Shown here: in pieces, positions 9,726-19,965 of the stretch | Numbering within the stretch: position 1 is the stretch's first letter | Layout: every line of letters starts with the position of its first letter | From: Spirochaetia bacterium | Lineage (GTDB): Bacteria; Spirochaetota; Spirochaetia; G963692905 | DNA length: 64,000 bases | Direction of reading: 5' to 3' | Assembly (NCBI GenBank): GCA_965220165.1 | Contig: CBDCPJ010000053.1 | Span: 7,143 to 71,142, forward strand | The notes under the pieces: generated by a model | The model's database searches: none | What the model was told of the DNA's origin: nothing | The model's input: only the letters and a program-made list of their open reading frames with translations | Position numbers and translations under genes: made by a program

Positions 9726-11039
9726 TTAGGTTCGACTGCTGTCGTTTTCGGAAACCCATTCTTCGTATTCTTGAGCCGCTTGTTCGGGGGTAATATTGCC
9801 AAACATCATCTCTTGCAGAGAAGAGTGCAATACTCCCATACCCTCCGCATCCATAACGGCGTCAATGACATACCCGCCCTGCACGCTATTAAGGAATTCA
9901 GACAGTTTTCGTTGAAGTAGCGGAGTATCGTCAGTGGGGGGTAATTTATATGCCGGCAACCATCCTTGCGCTTGCTTTACGCGAGAGCCGTCAGGTCCAG
10001 CGAAAAACCATATCCATTCCCAGGCGGCATCCGCCTGTTCGCCAGAGAGGTTTGCGTTCATACCATAACCGGTTCCTGCAACGATTGAGGTTGAATATTG
10101 TTGTCCCTTTTCATTAGGAACGGCGGGGAAAACATTAAACGATATGTTTTCATGTTCGCCTTCAGGCAATTCTCCAACGATATTGGAAGTACGCCATCCG
10201 CCATCGATAAGGTACACAGCATTTCCCGTCACAAAATCGGTGAGCGCGCGTCCATATTCCGCTTGGTTGATACCCGGCGAGAACATATCGGCTTCACTGA
10301 GGATGTTGATAACTTCAAGAGCGGATACGAATTCGGGATCGGTGAATTTTGCGTCTCCAACGCGAGCCCTATCTAACCAGTCCTTTCCTGCGGTGCGTTC
10401 GACTAGAGCGCTCAATAGACACGATTGCATTTGCCAACCGTCTTTGTTATCCATTGCGATAGGGATATATCCAGCTTCGCGGATAATCTCGCCCTGATCA
10501 AGCAATTCTTGCAATGTCGATGGGAACGAGAGTCCCAATTCGTCCAACAGACGGTCGTTTGTGAACATAACATGCGTTGCCGTTATCTGTTCGGGGAGTT
10601 CCCATATTTCGCCGTTTTGACCTTGAGGCTCCAACGCGCTCGCGGCGAATTCGTCTTCTTTGCCGCTTATCCAGGGGCGTAAATCCTTTATTTTACCGCT
10701 TCCTGTAGCTTGTCCCGTTCGCTTTCCCGGCCAGAGAAACATTACATCGGGCAACTGGTCGGCGACAGTTAACGCCTGTAGTTTGTTATGATACGCCTCT
10801 CCTACGAGATAATCAAATTCCAGATTGATATCAGGATGCAACCGAGCAAATTCTTCCCGTAACTCATCGAAATTTGTAGACGAGACATCGTCAGAGCGAT
10901 CAAGATATGCGAAAACGCTTACTGTTGCTTTGTCATCCATCATTTCGGCAGAGTTTTCGCCCTCTCCGCCAGCAAAAGCATAAGAACATATACCCAAGAG
11001 GATAGATAACAATATAATTCCACGAATCATTTTTTTCAT
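9726..11039 (-). CDS. ABC transporter extracellular solute-binding protein (family 1, sugar)
   Basis: Signal peptide plus lipobox-like LGICSY. Size and composition of family-1 SBP. Operon context. Confidence 0.7.
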   Translation of the reverse strand: MKKMIRGIILLSILLGICSYAFAGGEGENSAEMMDDKATVSVFAYLDRSDDVSSTNFDELREEFARLHPDINLEFDYLVGEAYHNKLQALTVADQLPDVMFLWPGKRTGQATGSGKIKDLRPWISGKEDEFAASALEPQGQNGEIWELPEQITATHVMFTNDRLLDELGLSFPSTLQELLDQGEIIREAGYIPIAMDNKDGWQMQSCLLSALVERTAGKDWLDRARVGDAKFTDPEFVSALEVINILSEADMFSPGINQAEYGRALTDFVTGNAVYLIDGGWRTSNIVGELPEGEHENISFNVFPAVPNEKGQQYSTSIVAGTGYGMNANLSGEQADAAWEWIWFFAGPDGSRVKQAQGWLPAYKLPPTDDTPLLQRKLSEFLNSVQGGYVIDAVMDAEGMGVLHSSLQEMMFGNITPEQAAQEYEEWVSENDSSRT

Positions 11040-11138
11040 ACTACCTCCAATAATAGTGTGATTAATTTTTTATTATATTGATAGAAGCCGTCGAACGGCA
11101 AACTAGAACAATGAAAGGATCGGATAAATCGTATCGAT

Positions 11139-11570
11139 CTATCCATGGACAAAGCCAAGCCACTCTGCAGAAGCGGCTAATTTGTCTCCCACATATGCCT
11201 TTCCTTTTTGCCGCGCGCTCCGGGTGTCGATACGCATATTTTCGATCTCGAATCTGACCTCGTCGTTTGGACGCACCTGATGACGAAATTTTACCTTATC
11301 GATTGAAGTAAGAAAAAATAACAAATCGTCAATAGGAGTTCCTTGTTGGCTTTGCAACAAACGCATGCCAGCGCCGCCGCATTGCGCCATGGTCTCTACC
11401 AAAATAACGCCCGGCACTAAAGGATAATCTGGGAAATGCCCCTTAAAGAAATATTCGTCGCTTTTATAAATTCGATACCCAACGATTCGGTCGGCATCGA
11501 CAGATTCAAGCCGATCTACAAACAAGAAAGGATCTCTATGAGGCAGTAGTGTCTTTATGTCTATATCCAT
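11139..11570 (-). CDS. fabZ: 3-hydroxyacyl-ACP dehydratase
   Basis: LPHRDPFLFVD...GHFPDYPLVPGVILVETMAQ hot-dog fold signature. Confidence 0.8.
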   Translation of the reverse strand: MDIDIKTLLPHRDPFLFVDRLESVDADRIVGYRIYKSDEYFFKGHFPDYPLVPGVILVETMAQCGGAGMRLLQSQQGTPIDDLLFFLTSIDKVKFRHQVRPNDEVRFEIENMRIDTRSARQKGKAYVGDKLAASAEWLGFVHG

Positions 11571-11573
11571 CTT

Positions 11574-11646
11574 TAGCAGGGGTAGGACTCGAACCTACGA
11601 CCTCCGGGTTATGAGCCCGACGAGCTGCCAACTGCTCTACCCTGCG
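11574..11646 (-). tRNA. tRNA-Met (CAU), initiator-like
   Basis: Cloverleaf folded by hand: acceptor CGCAGGG/CCCTGCT with 1:72 mismatch. Anticodon stem has three G-C pairs next to loop CUCAUAA. T-loop TTCGAGT. CCA not encoded. Confidence 0.8.
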
Positions 11647-11896
11647 ATAATAAGCAATTCTAAAATGACTACTGCAACATTGCTCATAATATCGTATTGC
11701 ATGTTTTCTGTCAATAGTAATAGTGATTTTTGAGATGATATTTTTATGGATATTTTACGATTATAATAAGCTATACCGGTATAAGTCTCGATTACGCTTT
11801 CCGTTTTATGGCCTATCGGGATTTTTGGGGTCATCGCGCTTTTCCTCGACGTTGTATTATCGTCATAAAATATGATAGATATCGGTAATATAATAT

Positions 11897-12193
11897 ATGT
11901 CGAATGTAAATTTTGCTTTGATATCGGTGCTGTTAGGCGTTGGCACAGTAATGGTCGCGTTAGCTATTGTTGTATGGGCCAGGCGGCGCGATATGATGTG
12001 GACGTTCACCACAATAGCTATTTTGGCTCTCTATGGCAGGTTATTATTTGATATTATCATCGAGACAGGGTTTGTTCGACTAGAGCGCGGTTCTTTGCTT
12101 GAATTCTCCCTTATTCATATAGCTCTTTCCGCGGGACCGATGCTGTTGTTTATCATTGCGTTAATTGCAGAGATAAAAAATTCTAACAACTAA
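11897..12193 (+). CDS. hypothetical small membrane protein
   Basis: 98 aa, three hydrophobic segments. No motif. Confidence 0.35.
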   Translation: MSNVNFALISVLLGVGTVMVALAIVVWARRRDMMWTFTTIAILALYGRLLFDIIIETGFVRLERGSLLEFSLIHIALSAGPMLLFIIALIAEIKNSNN

Positions 12194-12376
12194 AAAGGAT
12201 AGCGTATGGCCCATTTTTTCTTCTTATGGGAGGATCGTTCGGAAACTCTATTTTCTTATGGGTGGCGACAGATTCTTTCCGTAATTTATAATTTGCGATG
12301 CGATATATCTGTAGAACGCATCATTCGCAACACAGTATAACTTCACAACATAGTATAAAAGGTATATATTGCAATT

Positions 12377-13048
12377 GTGAAACTAATAGCTGAGTGTGCA
12401 AAATTGCGTAGCCTTCGCAATCTAATGATTGTGATTTTGTTGTTTGCTATATTTGTCGGCGGTAGCGGGATCTTCGCGCAGGGAGTGGATAGTCCAATTA
12501 TTCAAGAGAGTATTTTGCCGCCTCGCGTTCTCGGTGATGTAGTTATAAGAATCAATTTGGGATTATTTTTACCGGCGTTTTTTATTTTTCCCGATACTTC
12601 CAATGTCGCTAGCTCGGTTATGGCGAGCAATTTGACTCCGGGTGGACTAGGTGAGTTGCGATTAGGGATATTTTTGAATGATTTTATCAGCGTGGGATTT
12701 GGAATAGGAGGAATATTTCTCTCCGAAACGATCAATAAGCGGCAGGTCTATTTGATTCCAATTACCGCGCGCTTTTCGTTGCACCCAACGATAGATCATC
12801 TGGAATTTCCTATCATGATTGAAACAGGTATGAATATCACCACTATCGACCAAAGCACAAAAGCCGATTTTATCGCGCGGTTGGGGGTGGGCGGATACTA
12901 CAATATCGATGTGTCTTGGGGGCTTGGATTGCTTGCATTTTATTGGTTTGTGCCTCAAATCTACGATGGAACCCTAGCGCCCGCTAGCCATAGCGGCATT
13001 GGTAATTTTTTTACTATTTCGCTAGCTGTGAACTATCATATTCCATAA
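12377..13048 (+). CDS. hypothetical secreted protein
   Basis: Signal peptide LLFAIFVGGSGIFAQ. Beta-rich. Confidence 0.4.
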   Translation: MKLIAECAKLRSLRNLMIVILLFAIFVGGSGIFAQGVDSPIIQESILPPRVLGDVVIRINLGLFLPAFFIFPDTSNVASSVMASNLTPGGLGELRLGIFLNDFISVGFGIGGIFLSETINKRQVYLIPITARFSLHPTIDHLEFPIMIETGMNITTIDQSTKADFIARLGVGGYYNIDVSWGLGLLAFYWFVPQIYDGTLAPASHSGIGNFFTISLAVNYHIP

Positions 13049-13051
13049 AAG

Positions 13052-14272
13052 ATGATAATGTATACGCATATGGCAAATATTGAGAAGCGGCGATTGCGCG
13101 TCGGTTTTCTTCAAAAGGCGTTTCGATATCTTATTGTGGGGGCGTTTGTCGCCATTGTTCTCATTGGGTGCCCAATGCATGATTCTGTAGGAATATTCTT
13201 TGGAATAGCAACAGAGCAGTTTATCGCAGACTCTAATTTAGGCGGCAATTTTATCATGCGAGGAATGGTAAGCGTTGTGGTGGATAACGAGACATATTTG
13301 TACGCTATTGCCAAGCGCTTGAACAAGCGAGAAAATAGTTCTCGCGGATGGTTCCCGATTAATCATCCAAATGCGTTCGCTAATGGACAGACTAACGATA
13401 TAGCCTGTATTCCCACCGATTGTAGCGACTCATCGGGTATTTATGTCGCATTTAGCGACGAAAATGCTACTCGTCATGGATTGTATAGACTCGATGCGAC
13501 AGATGATAGTTGGCGAGGCAATCTATATGATGATACCCAGATTGTTCGATTATTGGCTATCAACGACAATTTATTTATTGTTACTCGCAATTCAGACAGC
13601 CGATCGTTCCGGCTCTCGCGTTATAATCCCGACAATAATACGCTGATACCGATTAATCCTCGGGAAACGCCCGAAATTATAGATGGCGCGTATGTTGCAT
13701 CTGCAGAAAATTCTCATTATATATTTATCAGTCGTTCAATCGTGTATAGGCTTAATTCGCTGGATGGTAGCGGGTTGCAATTTAACGAGGCGGCTCCAAT
13801 TAGAAGTTATATAAGCAGTTCTAGCGTGGGATCCGTAGATTCGCTGACTCTTTCCGGGGTGCTGGTTGTTGTCGACGATGATAGAGTCGAGCGATATATC
13901 AGCGCGCGCGAAGGGTATCTATTCTATTCAGATGGAGGTTCGTGGATCGCATCTCCGCAGGTTGAAAATACACAATTTACCGATCTTGCGGCAGTCGGCG
14001 ATGTTATTGTTGTGGGGGTAATTAGGGGTAGATCGGGGGAGGGGGGGTATCGACAATTTAGCGTCAATAAAACCGCTTCTCCGCAGGTATTTGGGTCAAT
14101 CCAAACGCCCGAAGGCAATTATAGTTCTACCCAGATGTCTGAAGTAACGGTCGCTGAGTTTTTTACGTCGAATAATAACCTGTTCGCTTTGACATATGGA
14201 AGAGGACTATGGCGAGCTAGCTATAGCATGCCCGATGATTTACAAAGAGCTCCCGAATGGAGCTGGGAATAG
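13052..14272 (+). CDS. hypothetical lipoprotein (contains G5AG7 tract in coding sequence)
   Basis: Lipobox LIGC after hydrophobic stretch. Repetitive beta-propeller-like composition. Homopolymer at 14050-14062. Confidence 0.45.
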   Translation: MIMYTHMANIEKRRLRVGFLQKAFRYLIVGAFVAIVLIGCPMHDSVGIFFGIATEQFIADSNLGGNFIMRGMVSVVVDNETYLYAIAKRLNKRENSSRGWFPINHPNAFANGQTNDIACIPTDCSDSSGIYVAFSDENATRHGLYRLDATDDSWRGNLYDDTQIVRLLAINDNLFIVTRNSDSRSFRLSRYNPDNNTLIPINPRETPEIIDGAYVASAENSHYIFISRSIVYRLNSLDGSGLQFNEAAPIRSYISSSSVGSVDSLTLSGVLVVVDDDRVERYISAREGYLFYSDGGSWIASPQVENTQFTDLAAVGDVIVVGVIRGRSGEGGYRQFSVNKTASPQVFGSIQTPEGNYSSTQMSEVTVAEFFTSNNNLFALTYGRGLWRASYSMPDDLQRAPEWSWE

Positions 14273-14298
14273 GCATATGGAATCAGGCAGGCAAGGAT

Positions 14299-14928
14299 TT
14301 ATTCGATATTTGGCAGGTGCTTGGTATTTTGTAGCACTTTGTTAAGAATATCGCGTATTTCGGGATTTTCATAGTGGCAGTGTATCTCTTCGGTATCTAA
14401 ACCGACAATTTCATGCGATAGATAATGTATCCAGCTGGGGTGATCGGGATCGTATTTTCGACACCAATATTTCGGAAGGATGCGAGCGCGTCCATTGGTA
14501 GGCATTTTATCGATACTGCACATTTTATAGTCATGCACCGCAACCCGAAAGTCAGATGCCGGGATGCCCTGTTTCAGTATAATATTGCCCAAATGATTGA
14601 GCGTTCGTCCGGAATCGAATATATCGTCGACGAGCAACACTTTATCGCCGCCTCGTAAATGTTTGGGGTTGTAGGTCCATCCATCTACAACAATTCCTAT
14701 ATTTTTATTTAGGGTATTATACGAGCGAGCTACCACCGCTGCATATAGAACAGGACGCTTTCGCGGTATCAATTTGAAATACTCGCTAATAACGTTTCCT
14801 ATATGTGCTCCTCCACGGAGACTTACATAGATTACATCGGGTATAAAGCCGTCATTATGTATTTTATTTGCCAGTTTTATTCCATTATCTCGTACTTGCT
14901 CGGGCGATACAAATAGTTTTTCGGTCAT
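14299..14928 (-). CDS. phosphoribosyltransferase domain protein
   Basis: PRPP-binding motif VLLVDDIFDSGRT. Confidence 0.6.
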   Translation of the reverse strand: MTEKLFVSPEQVRDNGIKLANKIHNDGFIPDVIYVSLRGGAHIGNVISEYFKLIPRKRPVLYAAVVARSYNTLNKNIGIVVDGWTYNPKHLRGGDKVLLVDDIFDSGRTLNHLGNIILKQGIPASDFRVAVHDYKMCSIDKMPTNGRARILPKYWCRKYDPDHPSWIHYLSHEIVGLDTEEIHCHYENPEIRDILNKVLQNTKHLPNIE

Positions 14929-14933
14929 AACAA

Positions 14934-16484
14934 TTACCTACTCAATTGAGTGGTTATTCGTTCGTCTTTTCTGATAATGGTGATAGTTGTTTTGCCGGTA
15001 TGGCGCATATTGAGCGCTCCGTAGAAATCGGCAAGCGATGCGACAGGCATGTTGCGTAGCCGAACGATAACATCGTCTCGTTTTATACCCGCCGACGCGG
15101 CCGCCCCATATTTTGTTACTTGCGAAACCAGCGCCCCCGATTGTTCTCGGTCAATTCCAAGGTTATGACGATGTCTATCTGTAAGCGCTTGCATTTCCAT
15201 TCCGGGCCATAATCGACGGTTATTCTCCGTCGCGGTAACGTTTTGTTCTATTGTGGATGCGGTAAGAGTTACAGTGATTTCGCTTTGTGCCCTGATCGCG
15301 GTAAAACGATATTGTCTATCGCTAATTAGTTCGCTTGCCGTTAGTATGAGTTGCTGGTTGTTCTTTATCGACCGATTGTCGATGGCGATGATAAAATCGC
15401 CGGGCAGTATACCGGCAATATCGGCAGGAGATCCTTTGTAGACGTTGCTTACAAACGAGCCCCTATTGTTTGTAAGATTCATATCATCCGCATCGGAGCG
15501 CGTTAATGGTTTTGCGCTGATGCCCATCCAACCATATGTAACGTTCCCATCGGAAATTAATTGGCGAATTGCGCGCTTTAAGTTATTTATCGGTATCGCA
15601 AACCCTATTCCCACGCTGTTCCCGTGATCGTTAGAGGCGATCCATGTGTTGATGCCGATTATTTCTCCGTAGATATTGAGCAACGCTCCTCCGGAATTGC
15701 CTTGATTGATTGCGGCATCGGTTTGAATAAAATCGCTGATGTTGCTTAACGGCCCCCCATAACGTCCCAACGCGCTTACAATTCCTGCCGTTACGGTAGA
15801 TTGCAGATTAAATGGGCTTCCTATCGCTAATACCCAATCGCCAACCTCCAGGTCATCAGAATTGCCAATTGGCGCGACTTGCATTGGTTCCTCGCTTGTA
15901 AATGAGAGCAATGCGATATCTTTGCGTTCATCCGAGCCAACGACGACAACATCGTAATCGGTGGCGTCGTCTAATAAAATTCTTACATTGGTCGCATCTC
16001 CAATAACATGGCTATTGGTTAATACATAGTAGGTAGTGCCTTCGCGTTGCACAATTACTCCCGAGCCGATGCCTTCTACAAATGGTATGGTGAAGTACTC
16101 TTCGGCATAATCTTCATCATCATTTTCCCAAGAAAAAAAATCCGACCATCCGTCGTCTTCCACGCGGTAACGGCCATCACGGACGATAACAGTGACGACA
16201 GAGGGAATTGCTCTTTTTATGATTGAGCGAAACGCGGTCTGTAATTCAAGGACATTGGCCAACGAGCGGTCGCGACTATTTTGTATCGGCGTATAGGGTA
16301 TGTCGTTGGTATGCTGAGTGAGGGTTCTCGAGATGCCTTGGGTATTTCTATCAAGCGTGGGATGGAAAAAATGGGGAACGTTGGCGCGATTGGCGAACAA
16401 TAACGATGATGAATTCACGCTTACAAGAGCGGCGCCGACTATAAGGCAGACGACAAACGCGCATCTAAGGAATGAATTACTCAT
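14934..16484 (-). CDS. htrA: HtrA/DegP family serine protease with two PDZ domains
   Basis: Signal peptide. Trypsin-like catalytic motifs including GNSGGAL. C-terminal PDZ-like regions. Confidence 0.85.
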   Translation of the reverse strand: MSNSFLRCAFVVCLIVGAALVSVNSSSLLFANRANVPHFFHPTLDRNTQGISRTLTQHTNDIPYTPIQNSRDRSLANVLELQTAFRSIIKRAIPSVVTVIVRDGRYRVEDDGWSDFFSWENDDEDYAEEYFTIPFVEGIGSGVIVQREGTTYYVLTNSHVIGDATNVRILLDDATDYDVVVVGSDERKDIALLSFTSEEPMQVAPIGNSDDLEVGDWVLAIGSPFNLQSTVTAGIVSALGRYGGPLSNISDFIQTDAAINQGNSGGALLNIYGEIIGINTWIASNDHGNSVGIGFAIPINNLKRAIRQLISDGNVTYGWMGISAKPLTRSDADDMNLTNNRGSFVSNVYKGSPADIAGILPGDFIIAIDNRSIKNNQQLILTASELISDRQYRFTAIRAQSEITVTLTASTIEQNVTATENNRRLWPGMEMQALTDRHRHNLGIDREQSGALVSQVTKYGAAASAGIKRDDVIVRLRNMPVASLADFYGALNMRHTGKTTITIIRKDERITTQLSR

Positions 16485-16504
16485 GTACGGAATATATCAA
16501 CGAG

Positions 16505-17260
16505 TTACCAGTCTGTCAATATTTCTGCCCCGTTTTCTAGGACTAGTATCGTATGTTCAAAATGCGCGCCGATAGAGCGATCTTTTGTTGAGACTGTCCA
16601 TCCGTCTGGCAATACGATAACGTCGTCGTCGCCCAATGTCGCCATTGGTTCGATTGCCAGTACCATTCCGGCGTGGAGAGAAATTTTGTTCTGCCAACTG
16701 GGGTGATTAGGAACGGACGGAGGCTCATGTATCGCCAGCCCCACTCCATGACCGCAATAGTTTCGAATGATGCCTAAATTGTGTCTATGCAGATGGTTGA
16801 AAATAGCGGTGGATATATCATTGATGGTAGATTTTCTGCGGATGTTGTTTATACCCTTATGCAAACTTTCTTCGGTCAATCGCAACAAATTGGTCGCATC
16901 TTGTGTGATTGTTCCAACAGGAAGCGTTATAGCCGCGTCGCTATAGTACCCTCGCAGTTCTACGCCGCAATCGATGCCTATTATCTGCCCATTGCGTAGA
17001 GGCTTGTTATTGGGTATTCCATGAATGACGGCGTCGTCGACTGATGTGCATATTGCGGCGGGAAATCCATTATATCCCAGAAATGAGGGACGCGCGCTGT
17101 GGTCTTGTATGCATTGCATCGCAATTTCATTAAGACGCGAGGTGGTTACTCCGGCAATGACAGAGGCGCGTATGGTTTTGAGCGTCAATGATAACACTTT
17201 CGCCGATTCTCGTATCCCCGCTATTTGGCGTTGAGACTTAATCCATTGCTTAGAAAACAT
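16505..17260 (-). CDS. map: methionine aminopeptidase type I
   Basis: 251 aa. Metal-ligand pattern D..D...H...E..E and pita-bread fold motifs. Confidence 0.85.
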   Translation of the reverse strand: MFSKQWIKSQRQIAGIRESAKVLSLTLKTIRASVIAGVTTSRLNEIAMQCIQDHSARPSFLGYNGFPAAICTSVDDAVIHGIPNNKPLRNGQIIGIDCGVELRGYYSDAAITLPVGTITQDATNLLRLTEESLHKGINNIRRKSTINDISTAIFNHLHRHNLGIIRNYCGHGVGLAIHEPPSVPNHPSWQNKISLHAGMVLAIEPMATLGDDDVIVLPDGWTVSTKDRSIGAHFEHTILVLENGAEILTDW

Positions 17261-17265
17261 ATCGA

Positions 17266-17694
17266 CTATTGTTTGAGCCCGCGATAAATCGCGTCGAGCA
17301 CGCCGTTGATAAATCGAGAGGAATTGTTATTTCCGTACAATGTAGCCGCTTTTACCGCCTCGTCGATAACAACGTGCGGATGGATCGAAGCGAGATGTAA
17401 CAGAGAAAAGACGCCAATACGCAATATTGATAAATCGATTCCATTGAGTCTGTCTAGTTTCCAATTGTTAAGATTGGATTGGATGAGTTTATCAATTGTG
17501 TCGAGGTGTTTGAGTACGCCTCTTACGATAAGCGAAGCGAATGAGATCGCTCCGCTATAGTCGTCGCGATTTTCTAATAGCGGAGCAGCCTCATTGTCGA
17601 GCCACAAGAAATTTAATACGATGTTGTCCGGGATATCATACTGCCATGAATAGATAGCCGCCATAGCCAAAAATCGACCATCCCGTCGACTCAT
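17266..17694 (-). CDS. nusB: transcription antitermination factor NusB
   Basis: 142 aa. ...AIYSWQYD... and DRL..IDL.ILR patterns of NusB. Confidence 0.75.
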   Translation of the reverse strand: MSRRDGRFLAMAAIYSWQYDIPDNIVLNFLWLDNEAAPLLENRDDYSGAISFASLIVRGVLKHLDTIDKLIQSNLNNWKLDRLNGIDLSILRIGVFSLLHLASIHPHVVIDEAVKAATLYGNNNSSRFINGVLDAIYRGLKQ

Positions 17695-17697
17695 AGG

Positions 17698-18735
17698 CTA
17701 TCTGAAATCAATATTTTCTTCCAAAATTCTTATTTCTGCCTGTTCGCGCAGGTTTTCGACGGTGGTATTAAGCACTTGCGAAAATAGTTCCTGTTGCTTG
17801 CTCGCGATTAATAAATTGCGAATTTGATCGCGAACAGTTACGTTTTGACCCGGGAGTACGGGATCTTCGAGAGAAAGCAATTTTGGCGAACGTCGGTCGG
17901 TTATGCGCACTAAGTGATATCCAAGATTAGAGGTTAGCACTCTGTCCGCTACGGCATCTAAATCGATGAGAAACACGGAGTCGATGAAATCTTCGCCCAA
18001 TAGCGTATCCGCCTGTTGGTCTTGCCGACGAAGGTATCCGAAATCCGTGCCATTATAATTTGGATCATCTAAAGAATTTCTCAGGAGTTCGTCAAATGAA
18101 GATTGCCCCGATTGGAGTTGCCTATTGAGATCGTCTATCTTTTGGCGTCGTTCGGCGCGAGCATCATCCGATATATTGCGGGTGTCTATAAAGATATGGT
18201 CAAAACGTATCATGGCGGGATTGGTAAACGAAGTGGCATTTTCCTCGTAGAATTCCGCGACCTCTTCCTGGGTGGGAGAGGGTATTGAGCTGAATATATT
18301 TTGATTTTGACTCAGGATATATTTTTCTTGCACAAGTCGTTCAGATAGCTGTTGTCGATATTCCGCCCATTCGACATTGAGTTGAGATCGTATTGCTCGT
18401 TGAAATTGCAGACGGGTCGCATTTGGCGCGGCCGACGCCTGTTGCCTATCGATAGCTGCTTCTATCTCTTCTTCTGTCGCGCGGATATTTTTATGCGAGG
18501 CATCTTGTCCGATAAGCTCTGCGTTAATTTCCGCTTCTAGCAATTGGCGGATATCATTATTGGTAAGATTTCGGTTCAGTTGCTGTTCAATAAGATCAAT
18601 TTGCGATTGGAATTTTCGTTTGCTTATATTTACTGTTGTATGAAGACGAATGATTGCTACCGGCACATCTAAAATTTGTGCGCAAATAATTATCGGGGAT
18701 AGAAAGAGCAAAAACAAAATCACTAACAGTTTCAT
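17698..18735 (-). CDS. SurA/PrsA-like periplasmic chaperone with parvulin-type domain
   Basis: Signal peptide. Coiled SurA-N-like region. GYHLVRI resembles parvulin core. Confidence 0.55.
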   Translation of the reverse strand: MKLLVILFLLFLSPIIICAQILDVPVAIIRLHTTVNISKRKFQSQIDLIEQQLNRNLTNNDIRQLLEAEINAELIGQDASHKNIRATEEEIEAAIDRQQASAAPNATRLQFQRAIRSQLNVEWAEYRQQLSERLVQEKYILSQNQNIFSSIPSPTQEEVAEFYEENATSFTNPAMIRFDHIFIDTRNISDDARAERRQKIDDLNRQLQSGQSSFDELLRNSLDDPNYNGTDFGYLRRQDQQADTLLGEDFIDSVFLIDLDAVADRVLTSNLGYHLVRITDRRSPKLLSLEDPVLPGQNVTVRDQIRNLLIASKQQELFSQVLNTTVENLREQAEIRILEENIDFR

Positions 18736-18739
18736 AATA

Positions 18740-19546
18740 TTATGCTACCTTTTTTTGTAAATGTCGCAACATTCGTTTTATTTCCGAACTATTTTTATTG
18801 AGTGCCGCGCCCAATTTAAGATACCGCAACGCCATAGGGTAATCATGCAAAAGCAACGATATCTCCACAGCTTTAATATAGCAACATGTTGTATATTCGG
18901 GGGAAAAATCGTAATTAATCATTTCAAGAACGCATGACAGGATTATTTCCAATGAAACGTGATTATCCATAGAATAACATACCAATGTGTATAGCGATGA
19001 ACGCACTTCCTGAAAAAAATGACGAAAATATGGTTTTTCGCGTTCCATATCGGCGATAATCATAAAAAGACGATACGCTTGCAGGAGCTCGCGATTTTTC
19101 TCGTAGGCCTTTGCAAGTAGAAATAGGCAATCCATACAATCATTTCGATTCATCTGGTCGACGATATTGACGGGTCTATTTCTAAAATATGTGTTATACA
19201 ATTTGGTTGCTTCTTCTGGTTGCTTGTGGAGAAGACAGTAGAAAATAAGTTTGGACGAGCATTTTGGATCGCTTACGCGTTCTTGGAGAAATTTGCGATA
19301 ATTGAACTGTTTTTTTGGTGCGCGATCTCGATAAAATCGGGTATAGAGGTCGTCATTTGCTTGACTGGTCAGCACTCGATATGCTTGGAGCAAAAGCCGC
19401 ATCTTTTTTTGATTGCCGCGAGTATTTGACGATAGATCGGGATGAAGCTCTTTCGCTTTTTTTCTAAATGCTTCCTTTATGTTTTGAATAGAGCTATTTG
19501 GCGATATATCTAATATTGCGTAATAATCAAAATTATCTAACGTCAT
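18740..19546 (-). CDS. J-domain protein
   Basis: N-terminal DYYAILDISPNSSIQNIKEAFRKKAKELHPD with HPD tripeptide. Confidence 0.6.
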   Translation of the reverse strand: MTLDNFDYYAILDISPNSSIQNIKEAFRKKAKELHPDLSSNTRGNQKKMRLLLQAYRVLTSQANDDLYTRFYRDRAPKKQFNYRKFLQERVSDPKCSSKLIFYCLLHKQPEEATKLYNTYFRNRPVNIVDQMNRNDCMDCLFLLAKAYEKNRELLQAYRLFMIIADMEREKPYFRHFFQEVRSSLYTLVCYSMDNHVSLEIILSCVLEMINYDFSPEYTTCCYIKAVEISLLLHDYPMALRYLKLGAALNKNSSEIKRMLRHLQKKVA

Positions 19547-19956
19547 TGGGTGACATGAATTCTCTTGCCAATTTGTGTTGCTTCGTACGTCGATTTCAAC
19601 GCGGCTGAGTTGCGGATGATCATACCCTCGTTTTCCATAGCCGCCATTAATCTAGCCAATGCTCGACCGCTTCCAATAACGTTTCGAACAACGTATGCGA
19701 ATGATCTTTTGCCGATCAATGGTCCAGATGCGCTAAGGCATTTCGCGATATTGGGGGAAATTTTCCCGCTAAAAGTGGTATTTTGCACCGTTCCTATAGC
19801 GATATAATCGTAGAAAGCAATTTTACGTATCTCTTTTCCGTCGATGACATCCGTTTGATTGCCTTGCGCCATAATACCTTGAGCGAGTCCATCGGTAATA
19901 GCTCGAAGTTTATTGGAGTCTCTTCCGTTTGAAAAGAACAGGATGGCGACGCGCAT
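19543..19956 (-). CDS. hypothetical flavodoxin-like protein
   Basis: 137 aa alpha/beta composition. No clean FMN motif. Confidence 0.3.
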   Translation of the reverse strand: MRVAILFFSNGRDSNKLRAITDGLAQGIMAQGNQTDVIDGKEIRKIAFYDYIAIGTVQNTTFSGKISPNIAKCLSASGPLIGKRSFAYVVRNVIGSGRALARLMAAMENEGMIIRNSAALKSTYEATQIGKRIHVTQ

Positions 19957-19965
19957 AATACATTC

